Source: an uncultured Collinsella sp. (lineage in GTDB: Bacteria > Actinomycetota > Coriobacteriia > Coriobacteriales > Coriobacteriaceae). Taken from it: 44,610 nucleotides of DNA. The DNA lies in contig URIJ01000001.1 of NCBI GenBank assembly GCA_900547835.1, positions 1-44,610 on the forward strand. Direction: 5' to 3'. Positions 17,808-26,909 of the stretch are shown here, piece after piece. Made by a program: the position numbers and the translations under genes. The first letter of the stretch is position 1. Every line of letters starts with the position of its first letter. The notes beneath the pieces were generated by a model. The model worked only from the letters and a program-made list of their open reading frames with translations, was not told the origin of the DNA and searched no databases.

Positions 17808-19373
17808 ATGGATGTTTCAATGCTGACGGTCGCCCTGCTCGCTTGTCCCCTCGTGTTCTCCCTGATTATGGCTGCGCTCCCCAAGACGACGTCCTACAGC
17901 GTCTTTGCGGGGCTCAACACCATCTCCGTCGCGGCGACCCTCGTCCTTTCGGTCGTCACCGCGGGAACCATGCTCTCGAGCGGGCAGAATATCGACGCTT
18001 TGGGCCTGTGGCTCCATCTCGATTCGCTCTCGTCGATCTTCGTCCTTCTGGTAGGCATCATCGGGTTCATCACCGGCGTGTACTCCATCTCCTATATCAA
18101 GATCGATATCGAGGAGAAGACCATGCCGGCCGAGCGCACCAAGCAGTACTACGCGCTGTTTAGCCTGTTCGTTTTCACGATGCTGCTCGCCTGCCTGTCC
18201 AACAACATCATCCTCACCTGGGCGGCGGTCGAGGCCACCACGCTGTCGACCGTGTTCCTCGTGGGCATCTACAAGAACAAGCAGGCGCTCGAGGCGTCTT
18301 GGAAGTACGCGATGGTCTGCACCGCCGGCGTGGCCTTCGGCCTGTTCGGCACGCTGCTCATCTACGCGAACGCCGCCGATATCATGCCCAACGCGCATGA
18401 GGCAGCCTTCCTCACCTCCATCATGCCCTACGCCGACCAGTTCGACCCGATGCTCGTGCGCCTCGCGTTCGCGTTCATCGTCATCGGCTTCGGCACCAAG
18501 GCGGGCCTGTTCCCCATGCACACTTGGCTGCCCGACGCGCACTCCCAGGCTCCGAGCCCGGTCTCCGCGCTGCTCTCGGGCGTGCTGCTCAAGTGCGCCA
18601 TGCTGGTGATCATCCGCTTCTACTCCCTGTCCATCATCACGGTGGGCGACACCTATCCGCGTACGCTCCTGCTCATCCTGGGCACGCTGTCCATCCTGGT
18701 GGCCGCCCTGTGCATCTTTAAGCAGGACGATATCAAGCGCCGCTTCGCGTACTCCTCCGTCGACAACGTCGGCGTGGTCGCGCTGTGCCTGGGTATCGGT
18801 GGTCCGCTCGGTATCGCCGCCTGCCTGCTGCACTGCATCTTCCACGGTTTCACGAAGGCGCTCGCCTTCTGCATGGCCGGTAACATCCAGCACATCTACC
18901 ACACCCGCGACCTGAACAAGATCAAGGGCGTCGTCGAGATCGCGCCCATCACGGCCGCGCTCACCATCGTCGCTCTGCTCGCGCTCGCCGCTTTCCCGCC
19001 GTTCGCCCTGTTCATCTCCGAGTTCCTCACCTTCGTGGCCGGCGTCCAGTCCGGTCCCATCTGGGTGGTCGTGCTCGTGGCCATTGGCCTCACCGGCGTG
19101 TACTTTGCCCTTACCGGCATCGCGCTCAAGTCCATCTTCGGCAAGGCGCCCGAGGGCATGAAGCGCCACGAGGTGCCCGCCCTCATGATCATCCCCGAGA
19201 TCGCCCTCGCGATCGTGGTCATGTGGTTCGGTATCGCCACCCCGGTCGCCATCACGAGCGGCGTCGAGGATGCAACGTCCGTCGTTTTGAACCAGAGCGT
19301 CGAAGAGCTCCACGAGGCTCCTCTCTACCGCATGGTGTTCAGTTCCCAGACCAAGACAAGCGAGGTGAATTAG
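17808..19373 (+). CDS. hyfF: Hydrogenase-4 membrane subunit F
   Basis: WAAVEATTLS, LEASWKY, GFGTKAGLFPMHTWLPDAHSQAPSPVSALLS. Confidence 0.9.
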   Translation: MDVSMLTVALLACPLVFSLIMAALPKTTSYSVFAGLNTISVAATLVLSVVTAGTMLSSGQNIDALGLWLHLDSLSSIFVLLVGIIGFITGVYSISYIKIDIEEKTMPAERTKQYYALFSLFVFTMLLACLSNNIILTWAAVEATTLSTVFLVGIYKNKQALEASWKYAMVCTAGVAFGLFGTLLIYANAADIMPNAHEAAFLTSIMPYADQFDPMLVRLAFAFIVIGFGTKAGLFPMHTWLPDAHSQAPSPVSALLSGVLLKCAMLVIIRFYSLSIITVGDTYPRTLLLILGTLSILVAALCIFKQDDIKRRFAYSSVDNVGVVALCLGIGGPLGIAACLLHCIFHGFTKALAFCMAGNIQHIYHTRDLNKIKGVVEIAPITAALTIVALLALAAFPPFALFISEFLTFVAGVQSGPIWVVVLVAIGLTGVYFALTGIALKSIFGKAPEGMKRHEVPALMIIPEIALAIVVMWFGIATPVAITSGVEDATSVVLNQSVEELHEAPLYRMVFSSQTKTSEVN

Positions 19374-19377
19374 CACC

Positions 19378-21150
19378 ATGGCAGAACCTGAAAAGAAGGA
19401 CTACGCTCGTCGTTGCGAAAGCCACGTCGAGGCCCTGCGCGCCGCAGTGCCGGGCGCTATCGAGAAGGTTGAGTGGCAGTGCGAGGACCAGCTGACGATC
19501 ACCGTCAAGCTGGACCGTCTGCCCGAGGCCGTCCACTACCTGTACTACGAGCGCTACGGCTGGATTCCCGTGATCATCGGCAACGATGAGCGCAGCCTGT
19601 GCGGCCGTTACGCCGTGTACTATGTCATCTCCATGGAGGGGGAGGATCCCGGTTGGGTGACCGTGCGCACCGAGGTCGATCCCGCCAAGATGACGTTCCC
19701 GTCCGTGACACCGTTCGTCCCCGCCTGTGTGTGGGGCGAGCGCGAGCTTCGCGACATGTTCGGCCTGATCCCCGAGGGTCTGCCCGACCGTCGTCGCCTG
19801 GTGCTGCCCGACGATTGGCCCAGCGGCCTGTACCCGCTGCGCAAGGACTCCATGGACTACCGCTTCCGTCCCGCTCCCGCGAGCGACATGGAAAACTACG
19901 AGTTCTTGGCCGATACCAAGGGCAAGGAGACGACGCTTGTCCCCATGGGCCCGTTGCACATTACCTCCGACGAGCCCGGCCACTTCCGCCTGTTCGTTGA
20001 GGGCGAGACGATCGTCGACGCCGACTACCGTCTGTTCTACGTGCACCGCGGCATGGAGAAGGTCGCCGAGACGCGCCTGAACTATGACGCCGTGACGTTC
20101 CTCGCCGACCGCATCTGCGGCATCTGCGGCTGCGCCCACTCGGTGGCCTATGCCGAGGCCGTCGAGCGCGCCCAGGGCATCCATGTCCCGCCGCGCGCCC
20201 AGTACATCCGCGCCATCATGCTCGAGGTCGAGCGTCTGCACTCGCACCTGCTCAATATTGGCCTCGCATCGCACTACACCGGCTTCGACTCCGGCTTCCA
20301 GCAGTTCTTCCGCGTCCGCGAGAAGTCCATGGACCTGGCCGAGAAGCTCTCCGGTCACCGCAAGACCTACGGCCTCAACGTGATCGGCGGCGTGCGTCGC
20401 GACATTTTGGCCGAGCAGAAGCTCTCCACGCTCACGACCATCCACCAGCTGCGCTCCGAGGTTCAGGAGCTCGTCGACGTGCTGCTCTCCACGCCCAACT
20501 TTATTGAGCGTACGAGTGGCATCGGCATTCTGGACCGCAAGATCGCACGCGACTTCTCGCCGGTCGGCCCGCTCATGCGTGGCTCGGGCTATGCCCGCGA
20601 CGTGCGCTTTGACCATCCCTTCGACGGCTACGCCGATCCGGACGTCCAAAAGATGCACGCCGCCACGGCCGACACCTGTGATGCCTTCGGCCGCACCGCC
20701 GTCCGCATCCAGGAGGTCTACGATTCGATCGACATGATCGAGACCATGCTCGAGAACTGCCCGTCGGGTCCCATCCTCACCACGGATTGGGAGTACACCC
20801 CGCACAAGTACGCCATCGGCGCCACCGAGGCTCCGCGTGGCGAGGATGTGCACTGGGCGATGCTCGGCAACAACCAGAAGTGCTACCGCTGGCGCGCCAA
20901 GGCCGCCACGTACAGCAACTGGCCGGTCCTGCGCTACATGTTCCGCGGCAACACCGTGGGCGACGCGGCGCTGATCGTCGGCTCGCTTGACCCGTGCTAC
21001 TCCTGCACCGACCGCGTGACGGTGACCGATGTCGCCGCCAAGCGCGACCACGTGCTCGACAAGGAGCAGTTCGAGAACGTCTGGCGCGACAAGTCGCCGC
21101 TTGCGGGCGAGGGCACCATGGCCGCTCCGCTCGATGAGGAGGCGCTCTAA
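19378..21150 (+). CDS. hyfG: Group 4a [NiFe] hydrogenase large subunit (HyfG/HycE)
   Basis: NuoC-like N-terminus (WGERELRDMFG, RRLVLPDDWP), GPLHITSDEPGHF, RICGICGCAH and DPCYSCTDR Ni-binding motifs, cleavable C-terminal tail. Confidence 0.93.
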   Translation: MAEPEKKDYARRCESHVEALRAAVPGAIEKVEWQCEDQLTITVKLDRLPEAVHYLYYERYGWIPVIIGNDERSLCGRYAVYYVISMEGEDPGWVTVRTEVDPAKMTFPSVTPFVPACVWGERELRDMFGLIPEGLPDRRRLVLPDDWPSGLYPLRKDSMDYRFRPAPASDMENYEFLADTKGKETTLVPMGPLHITSDEPGHFRLFVEGETIVDADYRLFYVHRGMEKVAETRLNYDAVTFLADRICGICGCAHSVAYAEAVERAQGIHVPPRAQYIRAIMLEVERLHSHLLNIGLASHYTGFDSGFQQFFRVREKSMDLAEKLSGHRKTYGLNVIGGVRRDILAEQKLSTLTTIHQLRSEVQELVDVLLSTPNFIERTSGIGILDRKIARDFSPVGPLMRGSGYARDVRFDHPFDGYADPDVQKMHAATADTCDAFGRTAVRIQEVYDSIDMIETMLENCPSGPILTTDWEYTPHKYAIGATEAPRGEDVHWAMLGNNQKCYRWRAKAATYSNWPVLRYMFRGNTVGDAALIVGSLDPCYSCTDRVTVTDVAAKRDHVLDKEQFENVWRDKSPLAGEGTMAAPLDEEAL

Positions 21151-21151
21151 T

Positions 21152-21868
21152 ATGCTGAAGCTTTGGAAGGTTAACGCCAAGGCCGGCGACGCGACGGTCA
21201 AGTACCCGTTTGCGCCGTTCCCCACCAACAAGGACATGCGCGGCAAGCCCGAGCACAACGCGGAGCTCTGCATCGCCTGCGGTGCCTGCGGCGTGGCGTG
21301 CCCGGCCGATGCCATTCGCATGGACACCGACCTTGCGGCCGATACCATCACCTGGTCGATCGACTACGGTCGCTGCATCTTTTGCGGCCGCTGCGAGGAA
21401 GCCTGCCCCATGGAGGCCATCAAGCTCACCGAGGAGTTTGAGCTGGCCGTCATGAGCAAGGACGACCTCACCAGCAAGAGCGTCTATACGCTCGAGCACT
21501 GCTCGCGTTGCGGCAAGCCGTTTGCCCCGCACAAGGAGATCGACTACGCCAAGCGCCTGCTGCAAAAGGCCGGCGGCATGGAGGCCGAGCAGGCCGCCCG
21601 TACCGTCGGTATGTGCCAGGAGTGCAAGCGCGAGCTCGACGCCCTGCGCGCCGCCTCGGCCGTAAAGACCGGCAACGCGCACGGCATGGCTGCCAACGAG
21701 ACGCTTGCGTCCGGCGAGCCCCAGGGCCCCGGCATGGAGTATCTGGGCGGCCACGGCGTGAACCCGGAGTATATCGACCGCGAGCTCAACCCCGATGCGC
21801 CCGAGATTCCCGCCGGTCCGGCGCCGGTCGAGGGCATCATCATGGATTTTGATACGAAGGAGGAGTAA
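21152..21868 (+). CDS. hyfH: FHL iron-sulfur subunit (HyfH/HycF, NuoI-like)
   Basis: TVKYPF, CIACGACGVACP, CIFCGRCEEACP, CSRCGKPF...CQECKR. Confidence 0.88.
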   Translation: MLKLWKVNAKAGDATVKYPFAPFPTNKDMRGKPEHNAELCIACGACGVACPADAIRMDTDLAADTITWSIDYGRCIFCGRCEEACPMEAIKLTEEFELAVMSKDDLTSKSVYTLEHCSRCGKPFAPHKEIDYAKRLLQKAGGMEAEQAARTVGMCQECKRELDALRAASAVKTGNAHGMAANETLASGEPQGPGMEYLGGHGVNPEYIDRELNPDAPEIPAGPAPVEGIIMDFDTKEE

Positions 21869-21870
21869 CC

Positions 21871-22653
21871 ATGGCCGAACCCACGCTTTTGCCCGAGCGG
21901 CTTCAGTACCGCCCGACCAAGATCGAGCTCGACGAGAGCATCGAGAAGGCCAAGGCGACCCTTCTTAAGAAGATCAAGCGCTCGGTGTATGTCTACCGCG
22001 TTGACTGCGGCGGCTGCAACGGCTGCGAGATCGAGATCTTCGGTTCCATCACGCCCGTCTTCGACGTCGAGCGCTTTGGCATCAAGGTCGTGCCCTCGCC
22101 CCGTCACGCCGATGTGCTGCTGTACACCGGCGCCGTGACGCGTGCCATGCGCATGCCGGCCCTGCGCGCCTTTGAGGCCGCACCCGATCCCAAGATCGTG
22201 GTGTCCTATGGCGCGTGCGGCTGCACCGGCGGCATCTTCTACGACAACTACTGCGTCTGGGGCGGCACGGACAAGATTCTGCCGGTCGATGTCTACATCC
22301 CCGGCTGCCCGCCCAGCCCCGCGCAGACCATCTACGGCTTTGCCATGGCGCTCGGTCTGCTGGACCAAAAGCTCCATGCCGAGACCACGGTGGAGGCCGC
22401 CGGCGAGCAGGCCGATATCCTGCACCCCGGCGTGCCGTACAAGCTGCGCGTTGCCATCGAGCGCGAGGCTCGCGCCATGAGCGGCTACCGTTACGGCCGC
22501 GACCTGGCCAACGAGTTTATGGACACGCTCGAGGGTGCGCCCAAGGGCGATATCCGCGGTGCCATGGCGCTGCTCATCGACAAGCAGGACGATCCGCGCC
22601 GCGTTGAGGTCTACTCGGCGCTGCAGGATCTGGTGCTGGCCGGAGGTCGCTAG
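21871..22653 (+). CDS. hyfI: Hydrogenase small subunit (HyfI/HycG, NuoB-like)
   Basis: RVDCGGCNGCEIE, PRHADVLL, GACGCTGG, PGCPP. Confidence 0.92.
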   Translation: MAEPTLLPERLQYRPTKIELDESIEKAKATLLKKIKRSVYVYRVDCGGCNGCEIEIFGSITPVFDVERFGIKVVPSPRHADVLLYTGAVTRAMRMPALRAFEAAPDPKIVVSYGACGCTGGIFYDNYCVWGGTDKILPVDVYIPGCPPSPAQTIYGFAMALGLLDQKLHAETTVEAAGEQADILHPGVPYKLRVAIEREARAMSGYRYGRDLANEFMDTLEGAPKGDIRGAMALLIDKQDDPRRVEVYSALQDLVLAGGR

Positions 22654-23235
22654 ATGGAGCTCACGGACCGCTCTGGTTACTTTGCGGGCCCCGGTATGCT
22701 CGGCGGCTCCTTTGGCGATGCCTCGCGCGCAAGCGACGAGGCCGCCGAGGGCGTCGCCGACCCCTGCCTGGGCCATGCGCCCGACCAGGTGGTCTTTTAC
22801 GAGCTCACGCGCAAGTTTGTGGAGACCGAGGAAGACGTTCCCCAGGAGGCCTGCGACGTGCTGTACTACACGCTCGCCGTGGGCCACCACACCGGCGTGC
22901 TCGACTGCTTTGAGCCGCGCCTGTCGGTGTCGGTGGATGTGTTCTATTCGCTCGTCGACGCGCTGCCGGAGGGGGAGGCCAAGACCAAGTTTGAGGCCAT
23001 CCGCTCCTTTGGCGAGTGCCAGCTCGACAAGGCGGCGGTGCCGTCGCTGCTCGAGGCCTGCGATGCGCTGCTCGACGAGCGCGGTTTTCGCGGGTCGGCC
23101 AAGGCCGGCATCTCGGTGTTCGACGACGACTTTGGCCTGCATGCCCAGCAGGTCGCGTTTCTGATGAAGTTCCGCGATCTGGTTGAGCGCGTGCGCGATG
23201 TGTCGGGCGTGTATCTGACGGGAAGGTTGCAGTAA
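22654..23235 (+). CDS. hyfJ: Formate hydrogenlyase maturation protein (HyfJ/HycH)
   Basis: VVFYELTRKFV...LYYTLAVGHHTGVLDC, KF...FGE motif; about 45-aa N-terminal extension. Confidence 0.8.
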   Translation: MELTDRSGYFAGPGMLGGSFGDASRASDEAAEGVADPCLGHAPDQVVFYELTRKFVETEEDVPQEACDVLYYTLAVGHHTGVLDCFEPRLSVSVDVFYSLVDALPEGEAKTKFEAIRSFGECQLDKAAVPSLLEACDALLDERGFRGSAKAGISVFDDDFGLHAQQVAFLMKFRDLVERVRDVSGVYLTGRLQ

Positions 23236-23738
23236 TGGGTCGCGTTGTGGATGGCCGTGTGAACGGCGCCCCGTTTGCGGGTATCGTGCTCACGGCGGGA
23301 AGCGTGCTGCGTGCCGACGATGCCGCCGGCCCCGTGCTCTCCAAAAAGATGGAAGACGCACCCATCGCCGGTTGGTACACCATCGACGGCGGCCAAACGC
23401 CCGAGGACGACATCATCGAGGTCAAGCGCGAGCGTCCGCCTCGCCTGGTCTTGGTCGATGCCGCTGACATGGCGCTGCCCGTCGGGTCCATCCGCCTGCT
23501 CGACAAGCGCGATGTGGCCCGCAAGTCGATGTTCACCACGCATTCGCTTCCTTTGTCGATTCTGATCGAGGAAATCGAGCAATCGTGTGATGATATCGTC
23601 TTCGTTGGGATTCAGCCGGGCGACACGGAGTTCTACAACCCCATGTCCCCGGAAGTCTTTGACGCCGTCGACGCCGTGTATGACGCCGTGGCTGCCAACG
23701 ACTTTTCCCACTTTGTCCGCTTGGGGCAAGAGCAATAG
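23235..23738 (+). CDS. hycI: Hydrogenase maturation endopeptidase HycI
   Basis: GSVLRADDAAGP, DGGQTPE, VDAADM, TTHSLPL, GIQP. Confidence 0.88.
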   Translation: MGRVVDGRVNGAPFAGIVLTAGSVLRADDAAGPVLSKKMEDAPIAGWYTIDGGQTPEDDIIEVKRERPPRLVLVDAADMALPVGSIRLLDKRDVARKSMFTTHSLPLSILIEEIEQSCDDIVFVGIQPGDTEFYNPMSPEVFDAVDAVYDAVAANDFSHFVRLGQEQ

Positions 23739-23777
23739 GAGCGCTTGTCCCTGCTGATTAGGAAAGAAGTGATTGAC

Positions 23778-24617
23778 ATGGCAGATTCTAAGATGGAGTA
23801 CCCCGCTCCCGATTGCCTGGCGCCCGCCGCGATCGAGGCCAAGACCGAGGCCGCCGGCGTGACCAAGGCCAACCTGCCGGTCGCAAAGGCCTTTCTGTTG
23901 GCAATGTTCGCCGGTGCGTTTATTGCCTTCGGTGGCCTGTTCTTTACCGTGTTCTTGAGCGATAGCGCGCTGGGCTGGGGTGCCCAGCGCGTCGTGGGCG
24001 GTCTGTGCTTTTGCCTGGGCCTGGTGCTGGTGCTGGTGTGCGGCGCCGAGCTGTTTACCGGTAATTCGCTTATGGTCTGCGCGCTCAAGAGCAAAAAGAT
24101 CACCCTGGTCCAGATGCTCAAGGCCTGGGTCGTCGTATGGGTCGGTAACTTTGTCGGTGCCCTTTTCATCGTCTTTTTGGTGTACATGGCTGGCATTTAC
24201 AAGCTCAACGGCGAGGCGGTCGCCAATTCCATGGTGAGCGTCGCCGCCGGCAAGGTGACGATCGACTGGTTGACGATCTTCTTCCGCGGCATCCTGTGCA
24301 ACATCTTTGTGTGCCTGGCCGTGTGGATCGGTACCGCCGGCAAGACCGTGGTCGATAAGGTTGTTGGCATTCTGCTGCCCATCGCCGCCTTTGTGGCATG
24401 CGGTTTTGAGCACTGCGTTGCCAACATGTACTTTTTGCCCATGGGTGCCGTGATGCACGCGTGCGGTTATGGTGCCGACGTCGCCGGTGCCGATGCACTC
24501 AACGCTGCGGGCATTGTGTTTAACCTGTCCGCCGCTACGCTGGGCAACATCGTGGGCGGCGCGGTTCTGGTCGCGCTCGGCTACTGGTTTATCTACGCCA
24601 AGAAGTCCGAGGCGTAA
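23778..24617 (+). CDS. Formate/nitrite transporter (FocA/FocB/FdhC family)
   Basis: AGAFIAFG, GAELFTGN, GNFVG, GILCNIFVCLAVW, GFEHCVANM, TLGNIVGG. Confidence 0.92.
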   Translation: MADSKMEYPAPDCLAPAAIEAKTEAAGVTKANLPVAKAFLLAMFAGAFIAFGGLFFTVFLSDSALGWGAQRVVGGLCFCLGLVLVLVCGAELFTGNSLMVCALKSKKITLVQMLKAWVVVWVGNFVGALFIVFLVYMAGIYKLNGEAVANSMVSVAAGKVTIDWLTIFFRGILCNIFVCLAVWIGTAGKTVVDKVVGILLPIAAFVACGFEHCVANMYFLPMGAVMHACGYGADVAGADALNAAGIVFNLSAATLGNIVGGAVLVALGYWFIYAKKSEA

Positions 24618-24639
24618 GGTATCGTCTGTTTGACGTTGG

Positions 24640-24675
24640 GCCTCCCGCGGGGCGTTGCCGTGCGGGAGGCTTTTT
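24640..24675 (+). terminator. Intrinsic terminator ending the FHL operon
   Basis: GCCTCCCGC...GCGGGAGGC followed by TTTTT. Confidence 0.8.
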
Positions 24676-24739
24676 GGGTCCGGGACTCGTTGCCGGGCTT
24701 TTGGCCTGTTGTGTTTGGCTGATGAAAGGGGTAATCGAG

Positions 24740-26857
24740 ATGGCATCTGCTGTGAAGCGTGACGGTCGCTCCGTGGTGACCACATGCGGGGGATGCTATG
24801 CCGATTGCGCCTTTGCGGCCCATGTTGAGGATGGGCGTGTGGTGGCCGAGTTACCGGTGCCGGGGCACCCGTGCGCAGCGCGTGCCCTGTGCGCCCGCGG
24901 GCGCCATCGCCTGTCTATGCCGTTTGACGAGCGCGATCGCATTGTGCACCCCATGCGCCGCCGCCAGGACGGCTCGGGGTTCGATGCGATTTCCTGGGAT
25001 GAGGCGTTTGCCCAGATTGCCGAGCGCCTTTTGGGGATTGTTGACGAGCGCGGGCCCCGTGCGCTGGGCATGACACTCGGCGTGCCCTCGTTCGACCGCT
25101 ACTGGGCCTATCGCCTTATGCATGCGTTGGGTTCGCCCAACGTGTACGGTGCCGATGGTGCCTGTGAGGTAAGCCGACTTACCGGTTGGGAACACAGCCT
25201 GGGTTACAGCCCCGCCTCCGACCTGTCACATACCGATTGCATCATGTATTTGGGACGTTCCATTGTCGATTCGTCGACGATGGGGGCCGTTGATGCGCTC
25301 AACGATGCCCGTCGCCGTGGGGCGAAGATTATCGTGGTCGACCCCCGGCGCAGCGGTTCGGCTGCGCTTGCCGACCGCTGGCTACGTGTGCGCCCGGGTT
25401 GCGACCTGGCCTTGCTGTTGGGCATTGCGCATGTGCTCATTGCCGAGGACTTGTACGACCACGAGTTTGTTGCCCGCTATACCACGGGGTTTGACGAGCT
25501 GGCGCAGGCGGCGAGCGCCTGGACGCCCGAGTGGGCCGAGTCGATGTGCGACGTGCCGGCGGACGATATCCGTGCGACTGCGCGTGATTTGGCTGCCGCG
25601 GCGCCTGCTGCGGTGGTGGACGCTGGCTTTCATGGTGGCATCGGCATTGCGTATGCCAACAGCACCCAGACCGCGCGTGCTATCTGCCTGGTCGATGTGC
25701 TGCTGGGCTGTATTGGACATGCGGGCGGCGCGCTCAATCCACCCACACCGCTTGCGCTGGGCGACCTTGATCCCGCACGCTTTGCGACACCGCCGGTGCC
25801 GCGCATATCCAAGCTGGGGTCCGAGCGCTATCCACTGGTCGATCCGGTGCGCGGTCTGTGTACGACCATCGGTCAGTCGATTCTTGCCGGCGATTTGCGT
25901 GGACTCATCGTCTATGCCAGTAACCCCGGTGCGGGCTATGGCAATGCGCAGGCTTGGTTGGGTCTTTTGCAGCAGCTCGACTTGCTCGTGACGATTGATA
26001 TTCGCTGGTCCGAGACGGCGCGCGCTTCTGACTTCGTGCTGCCCGACGTGACGTATCTGGAGGCTGACCGCGGCGTGGGAACGGTGACAGGCGCCAACGA
26101 TGCGCGCGTGTTCTACCGCAACGCCGTGCTGCCCATTTTGCATGACGACACGAGACCGGGGCGGGAGATCTTTGCCGGGTTGGCTGCGGCCTGCGGCGTT
26201 GGCGAGTGCTTCGACTTTACGTCCGACGATCTGGCCGCTGCTCAGGTGGCGCCTTTTGGGATTGATCTGGACGAGCTCAAGGAGCGCGGCTGGGCCGACA
26301 CGGGTGTTGCGTTGCCGTCGCGTACGGGCGAGCCGGCGATTCCCTTGGATGGCGGCAAAATTGCGCTGGCAAGCGACGTATGGGAACGAGCCGGTCTGGG
26401 TCGTGTACCCAACTGGATCGCTCCCATGGTGGAGCCCGGCCCAGGAATGTTTCGCCTCATTAGCGGCAATCGACCCTTTGAGTCGCATACCTCGCGAAGG
26501 CTTGCGGCCCAAGGTGCCGCCGAGGCTGGATCGGACCTGGATGCCGTGCAGATGAATGCCGATGCTGCTACGCGCATGGGCATCGCCGACGGCGAGATCG
26601 TCGAGCTCGTGAGCGATATGGGCCGCGACCGCGTGCGCGTGGAGACGACGCCGTATCTGCATCCGGCGTGCATCTTTACATCGGCCGCCCCCGGTGGGCG
26701 TTCATTTGGCGCCGATGCCGGTTGCGCTCAAGCCTTGGGCGTGGGCCCGCTCGACCATACGCCGTTGCGTTGGGACCCGTTGACGGGCGCCGCGCTCACC
26801 CAGGAAAACGCCGTTCGCGTGGAAAAGATTGTCGCGCGCGGGGATAATGACGAGTAA
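24740..26857 (+). CDS. Mo/W-bis-PGD oxidoreductase (DMSO reductase superfamily, PsrA/PhsA-like), no Tat signal
   Basis: TTCGGCYADC...LCARG [4Fe-4S] motif, ALGSPN..GACEVSR (Cys ligand region), VVDPR, SETARASDFVLPDVTYLE, C-terminal MNADAA..MGIADG molydopterin-dinucleotide domain. Confidence 0.85.
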   Translation: MASAVKRDGRSVVTTCGGCYADCAFAAHVEDGRVVAELPVPGHPCAARALCARGRHRLSMPFDERDRIVHPMRRRQDGSGFDAISWDEAFAQIAERLLGIVDERGPRALGMTLGVPSFDRYWAYRLMHALGSPNVYGADGACEVSRLTGWEHSLGYSPASDLSHTDCIMYLGRSIVDSSTMGAVDALNDARRRGAKIIVVDPRRSGSAALADRWLRVRPGCDLALLLGIAHVLIAEDLYDHEFVARYTTGFDELAQAASAWTPEWAESMCDVPADDIRATARDLAAAAPAAVVDAGFHGGIGIAYANSTQTARAICLVDVLLGCIGHAGGALNPPTPLALGDLDPARFATPPVPRISKLGSERYPLVDPVRGLCTTIGQSILAGDLRGLIVYASNPGAGYGNAQAWLGLLQQLDLLVTIDIRWSETARASDFVLPDVTYLEADRGVGTVTGANDARVFYRNAVLPILHDDTRPGREIFAGLAAACGVGECFDFTSDDLAAAQVAPFGIDLDELKERGWADTGVALPSRTGEPAIPLDGGKIALASDVWERAGLGRVPNWIAPMVEPGPGMFRLISGNRPFESHTSRRLAAQGAAEAGSDLDAVQMNADAATRMGIADGEIVELVSDMGRDRVRVETTPYLHPACIFTSAAPGGRSFGADAGCAQALGVGPLDHTPLRWDPLTGAALTQENAVRVEKIVARGDNDE

Positions 26858-26909
26858 TTGACTCAGCTGATGTATTCGACTGATCCACGTTTCTTTTGAA
26901 AGGCCGCAC

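Noticed and set aside
19378..21150. [NiFeSe] hydrogenase
   Set aside because: The C-terminal motif is DPCYSC encoded with TGC codons; no in-frame TGA
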